A stretch of DNA of 63,668 bases, filler included, from an uncultured archaeon (lineage in GTDB: Archaea; Nanobdellota; Nanobdellia; Woesearchaeales; CAIVOO01): assembly GCA_903842985.1 (NCBI GenBank). It is 8 parts of 8 records of this genome, joined end to end, with 100 filler letters (N's around TTAATTAATTAA, not from the genome) between each part and the next. Parts side by side here need not be neighbours in the genome. Positions count along the whole stretch, not along the records: positions 55,546 to 57,661 come from CAIMOB010000025.1; positions 57,762 to 59,362 come from CAIMOB010000026.1; positions 59,463 to 61,634 come from CAIMOB010000030.1; positions 61,735 to 63,668 come from CAIMOB010000044.1; 4 more parts are not named here. One strand, 5' to 3'. Positions 57,458-63,668 of this stretch are shown one piece after another. The stretch's first letter is position 1. The number at the start of each line of letters is the position of its first letter. The notes below the pieces were generated by a model, which did not search any database, was not told the DNA's origin, and saw nothing but the letters and a program-made list of their open reading frames with translations. The position numbers and the translations under genes are program-made.

Positions 57458-57766
57458 TTAAAATACCTCCTGAAAAATATTTTTATTATTAAGATTATAA
57501 ACCGTTCGCGGATTCACTTCAATCTTTTTCATCTGTTTTCATGAGCAGGGAAAGCCTGAAGAGTGAAGGGAGTACATTTACGTTTTCAACCCTGACATGC
57601 ATAGGGACCTTGAGCGCAACGGTCGTGAAGTTCCAGATTCCCTTTATGTTTGATGCAGAAANNNNNNNNNNNNNNNNNNNNNNNNNNNNNNNNNNNNNNN
57701 NNNNNTTAATTAATTAANNNNNNNNNNNNNNNNNNNNNNNNNNNNNNNNNNNNNNNNNNNNCGTCA

Positions 57767-58363
57767 TTACTTCTTTCTCAATCCGATGACATATGTTTCG
57801 GGGGAATTTTTCTGTGATGACTGAGGCTTGAATGTATAAACCTGGGCAAAAACTTTCTTTACTTCCCTGACGAAGCGCTGGAATTCGCTGCTCTGGAATG
57901 TTTTGCATACAAAATTCCCTCCCTTCTTCAGAATTTTCTTTGCCAAATCAAGAACTACGAGATTCAAGTCGTGGGCTTTTCCCATGTCCAGAGTTTTTAT
58001 ACCTGAAAATTCGGGCGCAGCATCTGAAATTACAACATCAATACTTTTTGAAACGCTAATTATTTTTTTAGGCATCTCCTCGTCTGTCAAATCGCCCTGA
58101 ATAAAAGTAAACCTGTTTGTAAGTTTTGCAACAGGCAGAACATCTATTCCTATTACCAATCCGTCAGAGCCTGCAAATTCCAATGCGACCTGGGACCAGC
58201 TTCCTGGCGCTGCACCACAGTCTACAATAACATCGCTTTTCTTGATAATATGAAACTTTTCCTGCAGCTCAATTAGTTTGTATGCTGAACGCGCCCTGTA
58301 ATTCTCTGCCTTTGCTTTCCTGTAAAAAACATCTGCCTTGCGCTTTTCTACATAATTCTTCAT
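57767..58363 (-). CDS. rlmE: 23S rRNA 2'-O-methyltransferase RlmE/FtsJ
   Basis: YRARSAYKL, DCGAAPGSWSQ, SDAAP, K, S.E.Y. Confidence 0.94.
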   Translation of the reverse strand: MKNYVEKRKADVFYRKAKAENYRARSAYKLIELQEKFHIIKKSDVIVDCGAAPGSWSQVALEFAGSDGLVIGIDVLPVAKLTNRFTFIQGDLTDEEMPKKIISVSKSIDVVISDAAPEFSGIKTLDMGKAHDLNLVVLDLAKKILKKGGNFVCKTFQSSEFQRFVREVKKVFAQVYTFKPQSSQKNSPETYVIGLRKK

Positions 58364-58980
58364 GCTCTCAAATCTTCGCGTACCAAGTTTATAACTTGTT
58401 CTAAAACTTGGTCCTGCGGCTTATTAGCATCAATAAATTCTATCCGCTCATCTGGAAAAGCATCTGGCAGCCAGTTATAATATCTGGCGACTTCCTTCAG
58501 AAATTTTTCTTTTTCAAATCTGGATGTTTCGCTTCTATAATTTAATCTTTTTAGAACTGTATCAACCTTTACGTCAAAAACAAATGTTATGTCTGGTACG
58601 CGCGCAAATTTGTTAATAAGCTTGCCATACTCATAGTCTGCGCCGCCCACGACTTGATAAATCATTGAATGATAATACCTGTCTGAAATTACGTGCCTGC
58701 CCATATCAAGATGCGGGGCAATTTCAGCATCAATATGCAATTTTCTGTCGGCAGCAAACACCAGCAGTTCAGCAGTCGGGTCTTTTATCAGTGCGCCCTC
58801 TGAAGTAAAAAGCGCCTCTATGATATTTCTCAGTCCAAGTTTGTAGGGTTCTTCCGTCAGGACGCAGTTTTCATTGCGCAATGTAAAATAATCGTGAAGC
58901 CCGCGGGCGCACGTTGACTTTCCAGAGCCGTCAATTCCTTCGAAAACGTAAAACTTTCCTTTTTTTACCACGCAAGCCAA
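58360..58980 (-). CDS. tmk: thymidylate kinase
   Basis: FEGIDGSGKST, EP, FAADR..H, SDRY..S..YQ. Confidence 0.93.
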   Translation of the reverse strand: MACVVKKGKFYVFEGIDGSGKSTCARGLHDYFTLRNENCVLTEEPYKLGLRNIIEALFTSEGALIKDPTAELLVFAADRKLHIDAEIAPHLDMGRHVISDRYYHSMIYQVVGGADYEYGKLINKFARVPDITFVFDVKVDTVLKRLNYRSETSRFEKEKFLKEVARYYNWLPDAFPDERIEFIDANKPQDQVLEQVINLVREDLRA

Positions 58981-59021
58981 AATAAAGAAAGCTTTAATTA
59001 TGTTTCCCCCCCGAGCGCGTT

Positions 59022-59362
59022 ATGAAAGCAGTAATTCCTGCAGCAGGAAAAGGGACAAGATTTGGCAGATGGACTAAAAGCAATGCAAAAGAACTGATTA
59101 CTGTGCCGGACCCTGCAAATACCAATAAAATTGTTGGTGTTATCGACCTTGTTATCAGGGAAGCGTGCGAAGCGGGATGCAATGACATCTGCTTAATCAG
59201 CGCCATGGAAAAGCTTTCCCTTGAAAATTATCTGAGCGCGCAGCAAAGGTGCGGCTTGATGTCTGAAAATGTCAGGTTATTTTATGCCCACCAGAAAAAA
59301 GCTATGGGGCTTGGGCACGCAGTTTATCTTGCAAAAGAACATGTCGGACTTGAAGATTTTGC
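59022..59362 (+). CDS. GalU-like sugar-phosphate nucleotidyltransferase, 3'-truncated
   Basis: KAVIPAAG.GTRF, KE, Q....GLGHAV. Confidence 0.82.
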
Positions 59363-59462
59363 NNNNNNNNNNNNNNNNNNNNNNNNNNNNNNNNNNNNNN
59401 NNNNNNTTAATTAATTAANNNNNNNNNNNNNNNNNNNNNNNNNNNNNNNNNNNNNNNNNNNN

Positions 59463-60112
59463 GCGCCTTTCGGAAGCTGGGCAGCAAGCCTCGTAAAAGT
59501 GAAGTTCGGTATCACATCTGGCCTGAAAATAAGCTCGTAGATTTCTCTTTCCCCGAATCTGTAGGACGGAAGCTCTTTTCCAAGCGCCTTTATCAGTTTC
59601 AGGTTCGACATCATGCTGTAAAAATTTTCAAGTGTCCTGATGTAAACATTTCGGTCATATCGGTTTTGTTCGTCAAGCGATTCCAATGATGCCTTTTCAG
59701 CTGTAAGGACATTATCCAGATAAGCATAGCAGGCAAGCGGGTCTGATTTGAGCAGCATAAGCAGATAATTCACAATGTCATATCTTCTGGGCAAGTCGTA
59801 AGGATTATTGAACGAAAGTTTGTTTGGTGAAAGTACTTTTTCTTGCCTTGTTAGGTAAGAATAAAGTTCAGCGATGTCCGTGAGCATAGATACTTGGGAA
59901 AAATCATAGGAGTAATTCCTTTGCTGGACAAAAACAATTCTGGCTATGTTCGGAGTCTTCAGCAAATAATCGATGGTTCTTGAAAAAACATCGGGCGAAT
60001 CTGCTAAGCTAGGCACGAATGGCGCGCCAAGATAATTGATATACATCACGTCCTGGTCAGCTTCGCTCTCTACCTCGAATGCATAAATCGGTGTCCCTGG
60101 CTTGAATAGCAT
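59463..60112 (-). CDS. probable type II/IV secretion (pilus) ATPase, N-terminal fragment, DPANN-type
   Basis: N-terminal region recalled as typical of DPANN VirB11-like ATPases; ATPase motifs would lie beyond the contig end. Confidence 0.5.
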
Positions 60113-60242
60113 GTTTTACCTGTTTTTTTACAATGATTAAGGTTAAAAATAGGTTAAATAGTTTTTCATGCTTGACTATCCAAGTCTTTTACAGCAAGAA
60201 TAAGTATTTTAAACCCCTCATTCGTATATAAATCAATAAAAG

Positions 60243-60608
60243 ATGGCCGACGAACAACAATATAATCCTTCAGACGCATTGCTTGCAGAAGTCAGTATTA
60301 AGCTCAGAGATATAGAAGAAAAGCAGAATATAATCAAGGACCGTGTTCTTCTGATAGGCGAAAATCTCATCGCAGAAAAAGAAGATAGCGACAGCCAAAT
60401 AACTGAGTTAAAAAGCTCCATTGCGGGGCTTAATGATGAGATTAAAAGAGTAAAACTAGCTTTAGAAAGAATAATTGATGATTCAAATAACTATGTCAGA
60501 AAAAACGAGTTTCAAGTACTCCAAAGGCAGTTTGAGATGTTCCAGCCTCTTGAGCTTGCCAGGATGAAAGATGTTGAAAGCATGATTAATAAAGCACTTA
60601 AAAAATGA
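60243..60608 (+). CDS. coiled-coil hypothetical protein
   Basis: 121-aa ORF with upstream TATA. Confidence 0.65.
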   Translation: MADEQQYNPSDALLAEVSIKLRDIEEKQNIIKDRVLLIGENLIAEKEDSDSQITELKSSIAGLNDEIKRVKLALERIIDDSNNYVRKNEFQVLQRQFEMFQPLELARMKDVESMINKALKK

Positions 60609-60678
60609 GAATTACAATAGGATTAAAAACCTTGATGAACAATAATACTTATAAAAAACCGGTCGGGGAAACTAACAA

Positions 60679-61590
60679 ATGGCACTTTTAGAGCGTGTTA
60701 ATCTGCTCAAACAGCAAGGTCTTCAGGATGCGCAAATAGTAAACACTCTAAGAGAAGAAGGCAATTCTCCAGTTGACATAAATGAGGCCATGTCCCAATC
60801 GAGAATAAAGGCAGAGGTCGCAAACGAGTATGCTCAGGCGGGAGAAATGCAGCCGAGCGTAATGGCTTCTAATTCAAGCGAAGCCCAGTTTATGTCTGTT
60901 CCAGAGGCCGCAAGAAATCCCAATCAGGCAACAAATCAGGTTCCGGCCTATTCTCAGATGTATACGCAAGAACTGCCGCAGCAAGCTCAGGCTCAACAGC
61001 AAGTTCAGCAGCAGTTTCAGGCGCCTGCTCAACAACAGGCATATCAAGACCAATCTCAAGCCTATGCTCAATATCCGGACCAATCTCAAGCCTATGGCTA
61101 TGATGCTTCGCAACAGGGATATTATCAGCAGGTTCTAGACTTAGAAACAGTAAAAGATATTTCACGGCAGCAGATTGATGAAGCGCTCAAAAAATTACGG
61201 GTCGAAATTGACGCGCTTTCTAAGATGAAGACTGAAATGAAATTCCAGATGACAGACATGCAAAACCGGCTTTCTCAAGTAGAAGGAATTATTCATGAGT
61301 TGCAATCCGCAGTCCTGAGAAAGATGGGCGAATATGGCGAAGCAATAGCAGGAATCTCAAAAGAAGTTCAAGCAACCCAGAATTCGTTCGCAAAAGTGAT
61401 TAATCCATTATTTGATAAGAAAAGGGGAGTGAAAGCCCAGGCTTCCCACCAGAAGAAGACAAAAACACAAAATCCCTATTTTAGTTTTCATATTCTCCTC
61501 CTAAGGGTTCATCATAAATATGTTTGTCGCCGGCGTCAAGCACAAATGACGCTGACCGGGGGGCTGCTTTACCGGCACTGGCGGATTTGA
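60679..61590 (+). CDS. Gln-rich coiled-coil protein; C-terminus after about 61430 probably chimeric
   Basis: N-terminal helical module, Q/A/Y-rich low-complexity tract, coiled coil. Confidence 0.6.
   Translation: MALLERVNLLKQQGLQDAQIVNTLREEGNSPVDINEAMSQSRIKAEVANEYAQAGEMQPSVMASNSSEAQFMSVPEAARNPNQATNQVPAYSQMYTQELPQQAQAQQQVQQQFQAPAQQQAYQDQSQAYAQYPDQSQAYGYDASQQGYYQQVLDLETVKDISRQQIDEALKKLRVEIDALSKMKTEMKFQMTDMQNRLSQVEGIIHELQSAVLRKMGEYGEAIAGISKEVQATQNSFAKVINPLFDKKRGVKAQASHQKKTKTQNPYFSFHILLLRVHHKYVCRRRQAQMTLTGGLLYRHWRI
61489..61539 (-). promoter_or_regulatory. bacterial sigma70-type promoter, SD and start codon
   Basis: TTGACG-17 nt-TATGAT, AGGAGG, ATG at 61491 leading into signal-peptide-like MKTKIGILCFCLLLVGSLG. 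Confidence 0.7.
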
Positions 61591-61734
61591 AGGCGAAATC
61601 CGACCTGTTTTTTCCGTACAAGTTGCCCGGAAGANNNNNNNNNNNNNNNNNNNNNNNNNNNNNNNNNNNNNNNNNNNNTTAATTAATTAANNNNNNNNNN
61701 NNNNNNNNNNNNNNNNNNNNNNNNNNNNNNNNNN

Positions 61735-61830
61735 CCTTTCATCCAGGCCTATTACAAACACATAGGATTTGACGAAAATGGTACGCCAAAACCTGAGACA
61801 GTTGAAAGGCTGGGTATAGCAAGTAAATAA
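61735..61830 (+). CDS. aldehyde:ferredoxin oxidoreductase, C-terminal fragment
   Basis: YYKHIGFDENGTPKPETVERLGI matches the AOR C-terminal YY..RGWD..G.P..ETL..LG motif. Confidence 0.7.
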   Translation, partial: PFIQAYYKHIGFDENGTPKPETVERLGIASK

Positions 61831-61895
61831 TAATATATGCAAAGATAACGAGATTTGTCTAAAAATGAAGCAGTAATAAACAAAGGAGGAATGAC

Positions 61896-62177
61896 ATGTT
61901 CAGAACAAAAGGTTTCTGGTATTTCTTGATGTCGTTTGCGATTGCTGGATGGGTATTTTCCGTTGTGAGCCTCTCCGCAATAAGAAAGAATACCACCGTG
62001 AAAAAGATCGGATTGGGTATTTTGAGCTCCTGGACTATTTTGCATACACTCGAACTCATTATCTCTCTTGGGATTGGGAAGGCGCATGGGCTTTCGCGTA
62101 CCCGGACAATTATAAAAACCATTTTCTTGGGTTTAACATGGTGGATCCCTCTCGAACTCGGCGTGTTTAAGAAATAG
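61896..62177 (+). CDS. small membrane protein
   Basis: 93 aa, GGAGG SD, hydrophobic. Confidence 0.6.
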   Translation: MFRTKGFWYFLMSFAIAGWVFSVVSLSAIRKNTTVKKIGLGILSSWTILHTLELIISLGIGKAHGLSRTRTIIKTIFLGLTWWIPLELGVFKK

Positions 62178-62280
62178 AATAAGATTTATCCTAGGGAAAC
62201 ACTAGGGAACGAAGAAACTTATATAGTATACACCTTTCGTTAGCATTTGTTATTCAGGTCTGGTGCCAAGAAAATCTTGG

Positions 62281-63360
62281 CTATTTCAACAAAGTGAAAT
62301 CCACACCACGGTTTTTGCCACGCTCTTCGAACCAATCATTTTCAGTCAGCGGCGGAACAATAATTTCCGACTCAGGTTTACGGACAAGTCTTATTGCTGA
62401 GACCGGGCAGGTTGATACGCACAGCCCACAGCCAATGCAGCGTTCCTTGATAACCCTGTAAACATCACCTGGCTCGATGGCCCTCACCTGGCAGCGCTCT
62501 TCGGCGCAGATGCCGCAGCCGGTGCAGGCGTTTACGTCAATATCTGCATAGTATTGCGAGTTGACCACATTAGAGGCAGGAATGCCATATTTTTCAATCG
62601 ACCTTAAAACCCCGCAGCAGCATGAGCAGCAGTTGCAGATGTAAACCTGTCCGAATTGTGTGTTGCCTGTCAGATGGACAAGAGCTTCTTCTTCAGATTT
62701 TTTCAATATGGAATATGCCTCTTCTCGTGTGATTACACGGCCCTGCTTATCGTCTTCAAAAATATCAGGGACAGGGGCAATAGCCATGCATACCCTGACA
62801 GTCCTGTTGCAGGGCTTGCCGAGAAGTTCATTTTTCTTCTTGCAGATGCAGTCCATGATCCTGAATGACTGGCCATGTTCAATTATAAAAGAAACTTTTT
62901 CCCAGGGCAGGGCCGTCTGAACCGGTGAAACCTCTTCTTCCACTGGAAGCACCTGCATCAGCTGAGGCTTTAAGGAGAAGAAATTCTTTGAATATCCCTC
63001 GTACTCTTCTGCAAGCTCGGCCATTTCTTTATCAAGTCTGTGAAGCTGAAATTCAAATATTCCAAAAACCCAGGGCATCATTTTGTACCAGCGTGTGTCG
63101 CCAAACTTAACTGAAAAGACCTGTCCGTCTTCTCTCATGGTTTCAAGAAGTGCACTTGTCTGGACAGGGTCGCGTCCTGTACGCGCAGCAATTTCTTCAG
63201 ATGTCTCCATGGTAAGCCTTAGCTCGCAAAACATTTCCGCCTGTTCGGGTTTGAATATCTTTTTAAGCAATCTTATCTCAACCCCGTTTTCAGTTTCAGG
63301 AAAACCATTGGGAAGCGTATCAAGTATACGGGCAAGTTTTTTATATACTTCGTTTCTCAT
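62281..63360 (-). CDS. 4Fe-4S dicluster protein (anaerobic bacterial type)
   Basis: C.C, ICNCCSCCC, CTGCGIC...C, CIGCGLC...CP motifs. Confidence 0.88.
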   Translation of the reverse strand: MRNEVYKKLARILDTLPNGFPETENGVEIRLLKKIFKPEQAEMFCELRLTMETSEEIAARTGRDPVQTSALLETMREDGQVFSVKFGDTRWYKMMPWVFGIFEFQLHRLDKEMAELAEEYEGYSKNFFSLKPQLMQVLPVEEEVSPVQTALPWEKVSFIIEHGQSFRIMDCICKKKNELLGKPCNRTVRVCMAIAPVPDIFEDDKQGRVITREEAYSILKKSEEEALVHLTGNTQFGQVYICNCCSCCCGVLRSIEKYGIPASNVVNSQYYADIDVNACTGCGICAEERCQVRAIEPGDVYRVIKERCIGCGLCVSTCPVSAIRLVRKPESEIIVPPLTENDWFEERGKNRGVDFTLLK

Positions 63361-63596
63361 TAATCCCTCTTCCATGAAATCTCGATGCCATCAGTTTTCC
63401 CGATAGCCGATCTCAGCAGATTTACAAGTTCTGGACTTGCCTTGCTGTCTTCAATCAGATCAACTGTGTCAGGATTTATAAAGTAATCAGTATCGGTGTC
63501 GGATTCTTCAACAAGAATATTTTCAAGCAGTTTAAGGTCTTCTTCTTTTATTGTTCCGATAAAGGAGTTGTTATCCTTATTATAAATTTTGATCAT
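63360..63596 (-). CDS. small acidic hypothetical protein
   Basis: 78 aa with EES..D.DYFI motif; AGGAGG SD; TAATG overlap. Confidence 0.7.
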   Translation of the reverse strand: MIKIYNKDNNSFIGTIKEEDLKLLENILVEESDTDTDYFINPDTVDLIEDSKASPELVNLLRSAIGKTDGIEISWKRD

Positions 63597-63668
63597 TTTC
63601 GCCTCCTGATAAATGGGATAGAAAACATATCGGGATTTGTTAATACAGGCTTAAATAAAAATTGTTTA

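Noticed and set aside
61045..61097. GACCAATCTCAAGCCTATG direct repeat
   Set aside because: In-frame duplication (DQSQAY) within a low-complexity protein tract
27867..61734. Seven identical TTAATTAATTAA palindromes within N-runs
   Set aside because: Artificial contig linkers; adjacency across them and ORFs containing X are not biological
124..63406. Numerous 60-230-aa antisense or overlapping ORFs in the track
   Set aside because: Shadows of well-supported genes, without motifs or start signals

Overview
This window is a concatenation of at least eight assembly contigs joined by artificial 100-bp linkers (N44-TTAATTAATTAA-N44). Most of it is a DPANN-type archaeal genome, Woesearchaeota/Pacearchaeota-like by inference. 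It carries archaeal ribosomal, transcription and translation genes (rpl1-rplP0-rpl12, rpl37ae-rpoP-pcc1-pfdB, rpoE1-spt4-rps24e-rps27ae, eIF5A-rpl40e, rps19e-rpl39e-rpl31e, EF-1a, rps2, aRF1, CCA enzyme, Cbf5). It also carries ppsA/gap, tRNA-Arg, an intron-containing tRNA-Cys, and surface proteins including two mosaic beta-helix paralogues. Two small contigs (55546-57661, 61735-63668) and the last ~200 bp of another look bacterial (contamination or chimera). The most striking unexplained signal is a family of ~50-bp palindromic elements with a GCAAATY-N3-5-GATTTGC core. Six copies sit exactly at stop/start junctions of operonic genes and duplicate the AAAATG(A) junction sequence. Each forms two mutually exclusive hairpins and encodes a micro-ORF bridging the upstream stop to the downstream start, and five of the six carry a GAGGT Shine-Dalgarno-like motif. 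A seventh copy duplicates the 3' end of tRNA-Arg. A second, double-hairpin family occurs in the rplP0-rpl12 region and nested inside one first-family copy. Candidate ribosomal-protein autoregulatory leaders precede rpl1 and rps2.
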